Shown: one piece after another, positions 1 through 10,231 of the stretch
How positions within the stretch are numbered: position 1 is the first letter of the stretch
Layout: each line of letters starts with the position of its first letter
Source: Acidimicrobiia bacterium
GTDB taxonomy: Bacteria > Actinomycetota > Acidimicrobiia > Spongiisociales > CAZKJJ01
Assembly (NCBI GenBank): GCA_046759765.1
Contig: JBHICV010000007.1
Coordinates: forward strand, 1-36,413
DNA length: 36,413 bases
Reading direction: 5' to 3'
Made by a program: the position numbers and the translations under genes
Notes under the pieces: generated by a model
The model's input: the letters and a program-made list of their open reading frames with translations, nothing else
What the model was told of the DNA's origin: nothing
Database searches by the model: none

Positions 1-1827
1 GCCAAGTCCGAAAGCCCCCATCTCTCCCAGTGCAACGAAAGCCAACATCACCGGCTGGGTCGGGATTCTCTCGTCCCCTTCCGACGGCTCGGCTGTGAAG
101 ACTCGTCCGACCTCGAATAGAGCCACATCGCGTCTCCCCAGAGCAATGTTGCGAGCCGCCGATCTCAAGAGACCCGGGAGAATCGTCGAGCGAAGCACCC
201 CTTCGGTCTCCGAAACTGGGTTTCTGATCTCGACTACGTCGCGGGCAGGATGTCCCTCTTCCAGTCCGAGTCGATCGAGATCACCCGGATTCATGAAACT
301 AAAGGTCTGCGCCTCCGAGAAGCCGGCGCCCTCCAGCACTGAGCGGATGCGCCGGACTCGAACTTGCGCCGGCGTCAGGCCACTTCCGCTTCCGCGGGGA
401 AGAGTCTCCGGGAACTTGTTGTAGCCGTAGTGGCGAGCTACCTCCTCCACGAGATCGGCGCTGCGAGTGAGGTCCGGCCGCCAGGTAGGGACCGTGACCG
501 ACAAGGGATCGTTCCCGTCGACCACCATGTGCAGGCGCTCCAGAATCCTCACCGTGGTATCGCGGTCGATCTCTGATCCCAGCAGCCTGGGTATATCCGA
601 GAGTGGCAGCTCAACCGTCCATGGATCCATTGGCCTGGTCACGAGGTCGAGCATCGCCTCCGGCACTTGAGACATACCGGCGTTGGCCAGGATCTCCGCC
701 GCCCGCCTCGCGGCCACCGGAGGCAGGTTCGGATCAACACCACCCGAGAATCGAGCTGAAGCCTCCGTTCGCAGCGAGTGACGGATCGACATTCGCATGA
801 TTGTGGGGGGATGCCAGTGGGCGGCTTCGAGCAGCACTCGGGTGGTGTCATCTTGTACCTCCGACCGTTCTCCGCCCATCACTCCCGCGATGCTGGTGAC
901 TCCCTCGCCATCCGCAATGATCAGATCTTCGGGCGACAAGGTTCGTTCGATTCCATCCAGAGTGATCAGCTGCTCACCCATCTCGGCTCTCCGCACAGTC
1001 AGGCTCTCGTCCACTATGCGGTCGAGGTCGAAGGCGTGTAACGGCTGGCCCAGCTCCAACATCACGTAGTTGGTCACGTCGACCACGTTGTTTATGGGTC
1101 GCATACCGGCGGCTAGTAGTCGCAGTCGCATCCAAAGCGGCGCAGGTGCTACCTCCACGCCGGCAAGCGGTATGGCTACGAACCGACCACAACCATCAGG
1201 ATCCTCGATCGAGACGTCGGCGGCCTCAGCAGTGACCTCAGGGTCGAGCTCCACTCTCGGGACGACGAGGTCGAGTTCAGAGTAAGCGCCGACCTCTCGG
1301 GCGACCCCAAGCATCGACTGCTCGTCAGGTCGGTTCGACTCGATCTCGAGGTCAAACACGACATCTGGAAAGGGCAAAGAGGCGCCAAAGTCCGAGCCGA
1401 CGGCGAAATCGCCGTCCAAAACGAGTATGCCCTCCTCCTCGTCGCCGAGCCCTAACTCGTTCTCAGAGCAAATCATGCCGTGGGATTGCACACCTCGGAT
1501 GGCGACTGCGCCGACTTCGGATCCGTCGGCCAGTACAGACCCGGGCAGAGCCCACGGCACTACCGCACCTGATTCGAAGTTCCATGCACCACAGACGACC
1601 TCTTCGGTCTGTCCATCAGATGTCACCCGGCAGAGGCGTAGGCGATCAGCGTTGGGGTGACCGCGGACCTCCTCGACGCGTCCCACGACCACTCCGGTGA
1701 ACGGCACTGACAGCTTCTCGACGCTCTCCGCCTGCATGCCCAGCGAGGCGAAGACGCCCTCGAGCTCATCTGAGTCCGCGGTCAAGTCGGGCAGTAGCTC
1801 GCGCAGCCAGTTCAGCGAGACTCTCAC
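1..1827 (-). CDS. pheT: Phenylalanine--tRNA ligase beta subunit (3' end runs off the window)
   Basis: Absent from the ORF track because there is no stop in the window. GTG at 1827 overlaps the pheS stop (GTGA). Manual translation gives MRVSLNWLRELLPDL...HPNADRLRLC...VVCGAWN...SHGMICSENELGL...NRPD..SMLGVARE; the same frame reads as sense codons at positions 1-60. Confidence 0.96.
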   Translation of the reverse strand, partial: MRVSLNWLRELLPDLTADSDELEGVFASLGMQAESVEKLSVPFTGVVVGRVEEVRGHPNADRLRLCRVTSDGQTEEVVCGAWNFESGAVVPWALPGSVLADGSEVGAVAIRGVQSHGMICSENELGLGDEEEGILVLDGDFAVGSDFGASLPFPDVVFDLEIESNRPDEQSMLGVAREVGAYSELDLVVPRVELDPEVTAEAADVSIEDPDGCGRFVAIPLAGVEVAPAPLWMRLRLLAAGMRPINNVVDVTNYVMLELGQPLHAFDLDRIVDESLTVRRAEMGEQLITLDGIERTLSPEDLIIADGEGVTSIAGVMGGERSEVQDDTTRVLLEAAHWHPPTIMRMSIRHSLRTEASARFSGGVDPNLPPVAARRAAEILANAGMSQVPEAMLDLVTRPMDPWTVELPLSDIPRLLGSEIDRDTTVRILERLHMVVDGNDPLSVTVPTWRPDLTRSADLVEEVARHYGYNKFPETLPRGSGSGLTPAQVRVRRIRSVLEGAGFSEAQTFSFMNPGDLDRLGLEEGHPARDVVEIRNPVSETEGVLRSTILPGLLRSAARNIALGRRDVALFEVGRVFTAEPSEGDERIPTQPVMLAFVALGEMGAFGLG

Positions 1828-2819
1828 CCGAACTGCTCCAGGACTCGAACGTCTCCGGAGTACAGATGTCGGACGTGCGAGATTCCATGGCGAACCATCG
1901 CCAGACGCTCGATTCCCATCCCGAAGGCGAAGCCGGAGAGGATGGCAGGGTCATATCCCACCCCTTCCAGCACTGCCGGATCCACGACGCCGCAGCCGAG
2001 GAGCTCCAGCCATCCGTCATCCCACGACACATCCATCTCAGCTGAGGGTTCGGTAAACGGGAAATAACCGGGACGAAACCTGACCTCCCGTCCCGGTCCG
2101 AAGAACTCTCTCACGAAGTGCGCCAGTGTTCCCCGCAGATCCGAAAAGGTGATGTTGTCATCGACCGCTAGTCCTTCGATCTGATGAAACACGGGCGAGT
2201 GAGTGGCATCATTGTCGTGGCGGTAGACGCGCCCGGGCACGACGATGAACACAGGCGGATCGTGTTTCTCCATGTAGCGAACCTGCACGGGAGAGGTGTG
2301 GGCGCGCAGCAGCACCTCGTCGCGGGGATCCCCGAAGGCCAGATAGATCGTGTCCATGTCGGCGCGGGCCGGATGACCGGAAGGGATGTTCAAAGCATCG
2401 AAGTTGTAGTAGCCGAGCTCGGCTTCGGGCCCGTCGGCGACGTCGTAGCCGAGCGAAACAAAGATGTCCGTGATCTCATCCATGGTTTCCGTGATGAGGT
2501 GTCTGGTCCCTCGGGGCTGGACGCGTCCTGGAAGGGTGACGTCCACTCTTTCGGTGGCGAGCAAGCCATCCTCCGACTCGCGCTCTAAAGCTGCCCTCCT
2601 CTCATCGAGGAGCTGCGACAACTCTTGCCGAGCGGTATTCAAGAAAGCGCCGACCCGCGGTCGGTCGTCCTCCGGAAGGGAACCAAGGCCACGCTGCGCG
2701 TTCGCCAACGCAGAGCCTCGCCCAATGAGCTCTTGGGCGAGCCGTTCGAGTTCTTCTGGCGATTCGACGGCTGAGATGCGCTCAGGGGCAGCCGCGACGA
2801 TCGCCGCGATTTCATCCAT
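1824..2819 (-). CDS. pheS: Phenylalanine--tRNA ligase alpha subunit
   Basis: Motifs NFDALNIPSGHPAR, LRAHTSPVQ, HSPVFHQIEG, YFPFTEPSAE, GFAFGMGIERLAM; adjacent to pheT. Confidence 0.98.
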   Translation of the reverse strand: MDEIAAIVAAAPERISAVESPEELERLAQELIGRGSALANAQRGLGSLPEDDRPRVGAFLNTARQELSQLLDERRAALERESEDGLLATERVDVTLPGRVQPRGTRHLITETMDEITDIFVSLGYDVADGPEAELGYYNFDALNIPSGHPARADMDTIYLAFGDPRDEVLLRAHTSPVQVRYMEKHDPPVFIVVPGRVYRHDNDATHSPVFHQIEGLAVDDNITFSDLRGTLAHFVREFFGPGREVRFRPGYFPFTEPSAEMDVSWDDGWLELLGCGVVDPAVLEGVGYDPAILSGFAFGMGIERLAMVRHGISHVRHLYSGDVRVLEQFG

Positions 2820-2831
2820 GGCGAGCGGAGA

Positions 2832-3593
2832 TTAGTCAGAGCCCTCCTGGCGACCCTGGCGATTACGAGCCACCCAGTAGGCAACTACGGCACCTGCCGC
2901 GGCGGCGTTCAGCGATCCCGGCCAGCCGGCCATCGGAATAGTCGCCAGTAGGTCAACCTGCTCTTCTATGTCGCGCGGCAGGCCTCTGGCCTCATTGCCG
3001 ATCATCAGCGCCAACCGCCGCTCGGTGGGCAGCGACTCGGGTGCTAAACCTCCTTCCGTTACCAATCCAACGGTGGTATATCGCCGCTCGCGTAGGTCGT
3101 TGATTGTCAGGTCAGGCGCGTGCTCAACCGGTGTCGCGAAGCAGCCGCCCGCCGACGAGCGCAGCGCTTTGGTTCCCCAAGGGTCGGCGCTAGAGCCGGC
3201 GACCACCACTCCCAGCTCGAAAACGGCTGCGGTCCTGATCAGCGTCCCGACGTTCCCTGGGTCCTGAACATCCCAGAGAACGAAGATCTGGTAGTTGGAA
3301 ACCTCCACCGCGTCGGGTCGTCGCGCTACTGCCACCGGCCCGCGCGGGTGTTGAGTGTCAGAGAGATATGACATCAAGTCCTCTGTGACGAGCGTCACCT
3401 CTCCCCCCATCTCGAGGGTGCGAGCCGCTAGCTCGGACTCCCGGAGGCTGAAGAGTCTGTGGGGGGCTACGCCTGCATCCAGCGCCGCGCTGATCAGCTG
3501 CGGGCCTTCGAGGAGGATCTGATCTGATTTGCTCCTGCGGAGCTTCGCCGCTTCCACCACCGAAGGATTCCGGCGAGAGCTGACGACCTGCAC
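2832..3593 (-). CDS. TrmH/SpoU-family RNA 2'-O-methyltransferase
   Basis: SPOUT motifs QDPGNVGTLIRTA, IGNEARGL, IPM...SLNAAAA; usual position between rplT and pheS. Confidence 0.92.
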   Translation of the reverse strand: MQVVSSRRNPSVVEAAKLRRSKSDQILLEGPQLISAALDAGVAPHRLFSLRESELAARTLEMGGEVTLVTEDLMSYLSDTQHPRGPVAVARRPDAVEVSNYQIFVLWDVQDPGNVGTLIRTAAVFELGVVVAGSSADPWGTKALRSSAGGCFATPVEHAPDLTINDLRERRYTTVGLVTEGGLAPESLPTERRLALMIGNEARGLPRDIEEQVDLLATIPMAGWPGSLNAAAAGAVVAYWVARNRQGRQEGSD

Positions 3594-3594
3594 T

Positions 3595-3948
3595 TCAGGC
3601 TTCGGTGCTAGCCAACTCCACGAGTGCTTTAAAAGCGGCCGGGTCGTTGACGGCCAGCTCGGCCAGCATCTTGCGGTCGATCTCGACGTCGGCGGCCTTT
3701 AATCCGGCCATGAGCCGCGAGTACGTCGTTCCGTTCTGCCTAGCCGCCGCGTTGATACGCGTGATCCACAGACGTCTGAACTGGCCTTTCTTGGCGCGGC
3801 GATCCCGGTAGGCATACTGCATCGAATGCATTACCTGCTCGTTGGCAGTTCGGCGGCGCCTGCTTCGAGCGCCCTTGTAGCCCTGGGCACGCTCGAGCAC
3901 CTTGCGTCGCTTTTTGTGTGCGTGCACCGCTCGCTTCACTCGAGCCAT
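3595..3948 (-). CDS. rplT: 50S ribosomal protein L20
   Basis: MARVKRAV...[25 protein letters not shown]...[11 protein letters not shown]. Confidence 0.99.
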   Translation of the reverse strand: MARVKRAVHAHKKRRKVLERAQGYKGARSRRRRTANEQVMHSMQYAYRDRRAKKGQFRRLWITRINAAARQNGTTYSRLMAGLKAADVEIDRKMLAELAVNDPAAFKALVELASTEA

Positions 3949-3968
3949 TTCCGGTTCTCCTTCTGCCC

Positions 3969-4160
3969 TTACGAGAGCAGGCGTTTGACGCGCCGTTTAT
4001 CCCCGCTCGACAACGAGGCTTCTCTCGACAGCCGACGGTATCGGCGTTTTCCCTTGGCAAGGCTGTAGTGACCGCGTCCAGCCTGCCGACGGCGGATCTT
4101 TCCTGAGCCGGTCACTTTAAAGCGCTTGGCGGCGCCCTTGTGTGTCTTGCCTCTCGGCAT
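3969..4160 (-). CDS. rpmI: 50S ribosomal protein L35
   Basis: 63 aa basic protein with [18 protein letters not shown], between infC and rplT. Confidence 0.98.
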   Translation of the reverse strand: MPRGKTHKGAAKRFKVTGSGKIRRRQAGRGHYSLAKGKRRYRRLSREASLSSGDKRRVKRLLS

Positions 4161-4162
4161 TG

Positions 4163-4717
4163 CTACTCCTCGGCGGCGGGCGACTCCTCCGCCACCTCTT
4201 CGGTCGACTTCCTTCGAGCTGGGGCCAACACCATGGTCATGTTGCGGCCATCCATGACTGGGGCCTGCTCCAAACTGACCAGATCATCGAGGTCGTAGAT
4301 GAGCCGGTCCAGAATCTCCCGGCCGAGCTCGGGATGATCAACCTCGCGACCCCTGAACCAAAGGGTGACCTTGATCTTGTCGCCCTCCAGCAGGAATTCT
4401 TCGGCCTTTCTTCGCTTCACGTCGTAATCGTGCTGTGAGATCTTCGGCTTGAACTTGATCTCCTTGATGACGGTACGTGTCTGCTTCTTCCGGGCTTCCC
4501 GGTGCCGTACGGACTGCTCGTACTTATACTTCCCGTAGTCCATCAGACGGACCACGGGCGGTCGCGCGTCGGGTGCCACCTCGACGAGATCCAGTCCCAG
4601 CTGATCGGCAAGCCAGAACGCCTCAGATAGCTTCTTTACTCCGATCTGCTCTCCGTCCGGCGCGACCAGCCGCACCTCGGTGGCTCGAATCTCATCATTC
4701 ACTCGCGGTTCGGCGAT
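4163..4717 (-). CDS. infC: Translation initiation factor IF-3, probable non-canonical ATC start
   Basis: NDEIRATEVRLV, LDLVEVAP, MDYGKYKYEQ, FRGRE motifs. SD AGGAGGT (4728-4722) lies 4 nt before an in-frame ATC at 4717; the ORF-track GTG at 4702 has no suitably spaced SD. Confidence 0.95.
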   Translation of the reverse strand: MAEPRVNDEIRATEVRLVAPDGEQIGVKKLSEAFWLADQLGLDLVEVAPDARPPVVRLMDYGKYKYEQSVRHREARKKQTRTVIKEIKFKPKISQHDYDVKRRKAEEFLLEGDKIKVTLWFRGREVDHPELGREILDRLIYDLDDLVSLEQAPVMDGRNMTMVLAPARRKSTEEVAEESPAAEE

Positions 4718-4730
4718 TTCTACCTCCTAG

Positions 4731-4766
4731 AACAGAAAAACGACAGCAATGCAAAGACTGCTGCCG
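4731..4766 (-). terminator. Intrinsic terminator/attenuator in the infC leader
   Basis: Minus strand CGGCAGCAGU-CUUUGC-AUUGCUGUCG 10-bp stem (two G-U pairs) followed by UUUUUCUGUU, just upstream of the infC SD. Confidence 0.75.
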
Positions 4767-4832
4767 TGATCGAAACCGCGACTCACCTGTCGGTGGCCGG
4801 GTGGGAAGCGGCAACGCCTCCGCTTGCAGACG
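4731..4832 (-). ncRNA. L20-leader-like cis-regulatory RNA
   Basis: AAGCGGAGGCGTTGCCGCTTCCCACC...GGTGAG resembles, by eye, the L20 leader core found upstream of infC-rpmI-rplT; followed by a terminator. Confidence 0.7.
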
Positions 4833-4839
4833 CACGAGA

Positions 4840-4867
4840 AGTATACGTCCAGGCCTCATCAAGTCAA
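4840..4867 (-). promoter_or_regulatory. Housekeeping sigma-70-type promoter for the infC operon
   Basis: TTGACT-N16-TATACT; the -35 box overlaps the ribH stop codon. Confidence 0.75.
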
Positions 4868-5334
4868 CGCGCCCCGAGATCGCGGAGCGCTGTAGCTGCG
4901 CGCACCGCAGCCTCGGCGGCCTCATAGCCCTTGTTGGCTGGGCCCGGTCGGGAGCGCTCTGTCGCATGGTCAAGTGCGGTCACGGTCAACACGCCGTTCG
5001 TTACTGGAATCCCCGCGGAGAGGCTCACGCCCTTGATGCCTGCCGCGGTCTGAGTCGCCACATGGTGATAATGGTCGGTTTCGCCCTGAATCACAGCCCC
5101 GACGGCCACCACCGCGTGGCAGCCTTTGCCTGCAAGATGAAGAGCCGTAACCGGCAGCTCGAGCGCTCCTGGCACTCTGACAACTGTCACTTCCTCCACG
5201 CCCATCGACTCGAGAGCCTCGAGTGCGCCGTGTAGGAGTGCATCTGAAACAATGGCGTTAAAGGAGGAGACGGCCACACCCACGTGCAGGCCGGATCCGT
5301 CGGCATCTCCTGCGATCTCACGAAGATTCATCAT
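4864..5334 (-). CDS. ribH: 6,7-dimethyl-8-ribityllumazine synthase
   Basis: VRVPGALELP, GAVIQGETDHYHHV, IPVTNGVLT, NKGYEAA; last gene of the rib operon. Confidence 0.97.
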   Translation of the reverse strand: MMNLREIAGDADGSGLHVGVAVSSFNAIVSDALLHGALEALESMGVEEVTVVRVPGALELPVTALHLAGKGCHAVVAVGAVIQGETDHYHHVATQTAAGIKGVSLSAGIPVTNGVLTVTALDHATERSRPGPANKGYEAAEAAVRAATALRDLGAR

Positions 5335-6535
5335 CCAGTGAGATCAGATGGCCGAGCTTGCCGGCTTTGGTCTCCAGGTAGGCGCGGTTCTCATCAGTGG
5401 GAGCGGTTTGGAGCGGGACCCGATCGACGATCTTGAGCCCGTAACCCTCGATCCCCGCTCTCTTCGTCGGGTTGTTGGTGAGCAGCCTGATGGTGGTAAT
5501 CCCTAGATCGACCAGGATCTGCGCTCCAACGCCATAGTCGCGGGCATCGGGAGGAAAGCCCAGTTCGACATTTGCCTCGACGGTGTCACGGCCTTCATCC
5601 TGCAATGCGTAGGCGGCCAGCTTATGCATCAGCCCGATTCCGCGACCCTCATGCCCGCGGATGTATAGCACGATGCCGCGTCCCTCCTCACCCACCACGT
5701 GCAACGCGTCGCGCAGCTGAAACCCGCAATCACAGCGCACGCTTCCGAACGTATCACCAGTGAGGCACTCCGAGTGCACCCGCACCAGCACGTTCTCCGT
5801 ACCGCTCACCTCTCCCATGACCAGGGCGATGTGCTGACGCCCATCTACTAGGGACTCGAATCCGACCGCTCGGAACTCGCCGTAGGCGGTTGGTAGTCGG
5901 GCCTCGCTGAGACGCCGCACCAGCTTCTCCGTCCGGGAGCGGTGACGTATGAGGTCGGCGATCGAGATGATTGCCAGGTCGTGCTGGTTGGCAAAGGCTT
6001 CCAGCTCCTCTCCGCGAGCCATGGTTCCATCATCGTTCACTACCTCGCAGATGACTCCGGCCGGGTACAGGCCGGCCAGCTTGGCAAGATCGACTGCAGC
6101 CTCGGTGTGCCCCGCCCGGCGGAGCACTCCGCCTTCGGCATAGCGGAGCGGAAAGATATGGCCAGGCCGAGAGAGATCCTCCGGGCGCGTGGAAGGGTTG
6201 AGCACCGCTTTGATGGTGGCTGCGCGATCGGCAGCTGAGATCCCGGTTGTGGTCGCCTCCTTGGCATCGATCGAGACGGTGAACGCGGTGTGATGGACGG
6301 CTGTGTTCTCCGTCACCATGAGCGGAAGCCTCAGCTCGTCGAGGCGCTCGCCTACAACAGGCATGCAGATCAGCCCGCTCGTGTAACGGACCATGAAAGC
6401 GATTGCGGCCTCGGTGACCTTCTCCGCCGCGATGACCATGTCGCCTTCGTTCTCACGGCCGGCGTCGTCCACGACCAGGACAAACTCACCCCGACCGATA
6501 GCTTCGACAGCTTCCGGGATCGGAGTGAGCTTCAT
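5318..6535 (-). CDS. ribBA: Bifunctional DHBP synthase / GTP cyclohydrolase II
   Basis: [27 protein letters not shown] and [29 protein letters not shown]. Confidence 0.98.
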   Translation of the reverse strand: MKLTPIPEAVEAIGRGEFVLVVDDAGRENEGDMVIAAEKVTEAAIAFMVRYTSGLICMPVVGERLDELRLPLMVTENTAVHHTAFTVSIDAKEATTTGISAADRAATIKAVLNPSTRPEDLSRPGHIFPLRYAEGGVLRRAGHTEAAVDLAKLAGLYPAGVICEVVNDDGTMARGEELEAFANQHDLAIISIADLIRHRSRTEKLVRRLSEARLPTAYGEFRAVGFESLVDGRQHIALVMGEVSGTENVLVRVHSECLTGDTFGSVRCDCGFQLRDALHVVGEEGRGIVLYIRGHEGRGIGLMHKLAAYALQDEGRDTVEANVELGFPPDARDYGVGAQILVDLGITTIRLLTNNPTKRAGIEGYGLKIVDRVPLQTAPTDENRAYLETKAGKLGHLISLDDESS

Positions 6536-7122
6536 GTTCTCCCTCCGAGCATCTTCTCTACATACTTGGCGAAGATGTCCAGCTCCACATTGACTCGATC
6601 TCCTGGTCTCAGACGGCCAAGAGTGGTTGCGCTCAGCGTATGCGGTATCAGCGCCACGGAGAAACCAAGGTCTTCGCAGCCGGCAACGGTCAGGCTCACG
6701 CCATCGAGAGCCACCGATCCCCGCTCGACTGTGTAGCGCATCAGCTCCTTCGAGGCCTTCAGCGTGAGAAGGCCTCCGTCCTCCGACGGGACAGACTCAA
6801 CGACTGCTACGCCGTCCACGTGGCCCTGGACCACATGGCCCCCGAACCGTCCCATCGCGGCTAGAGGAAGTTCGAGATTCACCACGTCAGAGGGCGACAG
6901 GGATCCCAGTGTGGTCCGCGCCAGTGTCTCAGCCACCACCTGGGCTTCGAAGGTGGCACCGTGGATGGTCGTAGCCGTGAGGCATACTCCGTTCACCGCG
7001 ACTGAGTCCCCCTGAGACAGTTGGTCAACCGTCCTCGGAGCCTCAATCGCCAAAACCCGCGTCCCCCCGGATCCCTCCGTGCTTTTGACGGTTCCAACGT
7101 CTTCGATCAGACCGGTGAACAT
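6532..7122 (-). CDS. ribE: Riboflavin synthase (alpha chain)
   Basis: Diagnostic MFTGLIE N-terminus (ATG at 7122, TGATG overlap with ribD), NGVCLT, GGHVVQGHVDG, DGVSLTV. Confidence 0.97.
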   Translation of the reverse strand: MFTGLIEDVGTVKSTEGSGGTRVLAIEAPRTVDQLSQGDSVAVNGVCLTATTIHGATFEAQVVAETLARTTLGSLSPSDVVNLELPLAAMGRFGGHVVQGHVDGVAVVESVPSEDGGLLTLKASKELMRYTVERGSVALDGVSLTVAGCEDLGFSVALIPHTLSATTLGRLRPGDRVNVELDIFAKYVEKMLGGRT

Positions 7123-8177
7123 CACGGAGCGGGATAAGCGGTCAAGCGTAGGTCTGTGCCGAGGAGAGTGGCATCCGAGATCCGCCAGGCGGTTGCGTCA
7201 CTAAGGGTCTCGAAGGTCCCGTCGAACAACGGAAGCCCTCTTCCTCCAGCCACTTTTCCGCCCAAGTAGACAATGAGACGGTCAGCCAAGCCCGCATCCA
7301 ACAGCGACTTGAAGATGGCGCTCCCACCTTCGACGAGCAGATCCAGAAGGCCTTCCTCCCCGAGAAGCTCCACTGCCTTCTGTAGGTCGACGCGTCCTCC
7401 CATCTCGTCGGGGACGACGAGTGTCCTTGCTTCTATCTCTGGCTGTTCGATAGGGGAAACAACGAGGAGGTCGTGGCGGTGCAAGAGAGCAGCGTCAGGT
7501 GGTACAGGCTGGCGGCCGAGAACAACAACGGGTGTGGGCTGGGGATCGGAGTAGGACTCCAGTCGAACGGTAAGCCGTGGGTTATCTGCCCGTAGAGTCC
7601 CGGCACCGATCACTACCCCGTCGGCCTCAGAGCGCAGCCGGTGGGCATCTCGTCTTGTCTCTCGAAGTGTGATCCACTGGGAGGATCCATCGCTCGCAGC
7701 AAGCTGCCCATCCAGCGTGAGCGCCGCCTTGAGGGTCACGAGCGGCCGCCCAAAGCGCCGGTGGTGGAAATAGGCTCGATCGGAAGCCTCGACCTGCTCA
7801 GAAAGAACGCCAACCGTCACCTCGATCCCGGCCTCCTCGAGAGCCGCGACGCCGCGACCGTCCACCCGTGGGTCGGGATCGACCGAGCCGATGACGACCC
7901 TCCCGACTCCGGAGTCGATGATGGCAGCCACGCAGGGAGGAGTCCGTCCGAAGTGGACGCACGGTTCCAGAGTCGTATACAGGGTGCCGCCGGCGGCGCG
8001 AGGGCCAGCGTGCCGAAGAGCTGCTACCTCTGCATGCGGCTCTCCCACGCCGACATGTGATGACACGGCAAGCAGGTCTCCGTTCCGATCGATTACCAGG
8101 GCGCCGACGCGCGGATTGGGATGGGGACGAGTCTCAGCAGCCTCCCCGATCGCCTCCGCCATCCACCTCGCGTCCAC
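7122..8177 (-). CDS. ribD: Riboflavin biosynthesis deaminase/reductase
   Basis: PNPRVG, HAEVAAL, TLEPCVHFGRTPPC zinc motifs; reductase SQWIT, DNPRLTVR, LLVEGG. Confidence 0.97.
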   Translation of the reverse strand: MDARWMAEAIGEAAETRPHPNPRVGALVIDRNGDLLAVSSHVGVGEPHAEVAALRHAGPRAAGGTLYTTLEPCVHFGRTPPCVAAIIDSGVGRVVIGSVDPDPRVDGRGVAALEEAGIEVTVGVLSEQVEASDRAYFHHRRFGRPLVTLKAALTLDGQLAASDGSSQWITLRETRRDAHRLRSEADGVVIGAGTLRADNPRLTVRLESYSDPQPTPVVVLGRQPVPPDAALLHRHDLLVVSPIEQPEIEARTLVVPDEMGGRVDLQKAVELLGEEGLLDLLVEGGSAIFKSLLDAGLADRLIVYLGGKVAGGRGLPLFDGTFETLSDATAWRISDATLLGTDLRLTAYPAP

Positions 8178-8226
8178 TCGGCTCCTCGATCAGGGGTGGG
8201 CTCGCATAGGAGCGCGAGGTCGCCAC

Positions 8227-8340
8227 CCGCCTTCTCTCATCCGGACTATCACCGTCGGTCCGGGAGTTTCACCCGGTCGGCCCCGTAGGGTTCGCGGACT
8301 GTCACCGCCGGTCGGGAGTTTCACCCTGCCCCGAAAACGG
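8227..8340 (-). ncRNA. FMN riboswitch (RFN element)
   Basis: TTCGGGGCAGGGTGAAACTCCCGACCGGCGGTGACAGTCCGCGA...GGTGAAACTCC..ACCGACGGTGATAGTCCGGATGAGAGAAG; P1 CCGTTTTC/GAAGGCGG; directly upstream of ribD. Confidence 0.98.
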
Positions 8341-8348
8341 GCACCTAC

Positions 8349-8354
8349 ATTGTA
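8349..8354 (-). promoter_or_regulatory. -10 element for the riboswitch/rib transcript
   Basis: TACAAT 8 nt upstream of the riboswitch P1 5' strand; no clear -35. Confidence 0.6.
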
Positions 8355-8543
8355 CGCGGGTCGCGAAAAGTCCACCTCGCCATGCTCGCCACGGGCACCG
8401 TGCTGGTGATCAACAACAGCGTCGCGTGGCCGTCGAGCCTCGAAGCTCCATAGCAACGAGAGCACCAGCCGATTGGACGGTGCGATCACCTGATCCCGCC
8501 TCCCAACGACTGACCGGCCCAAAGGGCCGCCGATCCTGTGATG

Positions 8544-9454
<911 letters not shown>

Positions 9455-9473
<19 letters not shown>

Positions 9474-10135
9474 CCTTGGTCCACTGCTTCCCTGATACGA
9501 CGGACCGCTTCGACGGGATCAGGATCCCGAAAGATTGCCGTTCCCGCGACCAAGATGTCGGCCCCGGCCTCCCTGGCTAGAGGCGCGGTCTCCGCAGTCA
9601 CGCCGCCATCGACCTGTATATCGACCGCTAGTCCTTGCCTCTCAACCGTTTCCCGAGCCTGACGGACCTTCGGTAGGACCTCGGGCTTGAACGCTTGGCC
9701 GCCGAATCCAGGATTGACGGACATCACCAATAGCAAGTCGCAGAGCTCGAGATGAGGCTGAGCTGCCTCGAACGGAACGTGGGGGCTGAGAACCAAACCG
9801 AAGTCAAGGCCGGCTTCGCGGGCCTGTTTAGCTGCATCCGTCGGGTCAGGAAAGGTCTCCAGATGAACGGATACCAGATCGGCTCCGGCCTCTGCGAACT
9901 CGCCGAAGTAGGAGTCGGGGTTGGTCATCATGAGATGGCAGTCGAAGTAGAGCTTCGTCGTTTTCCGTAATGAGGCGATGACCGGTAGACCAAAGCTCAG
10001 GTTGTGGACAAAGTGTCCATCCATGACGTCGACGTGGAGAAGATCGACGTATGGCTCGACCCGGGAGACTTCGTCCGCGAGGTGGGCAAAATCGGCCGCG
10101 AGGAGCGAAGGGGCGATGCGGACGGGATTCACCAC
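9455..10135 (-). CDS. rpe: Ribulose-phosphate 3-epimerase
   Basis: IAPSLLAADF, HVDVMDGHFV, DCHLM, MSVNPGFGGQ, VDGGV, VAGTAIF. Start may be the second GTG at 10132. Confidence 0.98.
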
Positions 10136-10231
10136 GGCGATGCTACCTGAGGCCGTTCTCGCACCTGCGGTTGTCCGCCGAGGCTATCTTGCGCCTGCCC
10201 GGAGCACAGGTCCTCGCACCTTATAGACGGC

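Noticed and set aside
10146..10231. 9-nt direct repeat CTCGCACCT in the fmt-rpe spacer
   Set aside because: Two short copies with no other supporting structure; could be chance, and no rsmB remnant was recognisable.
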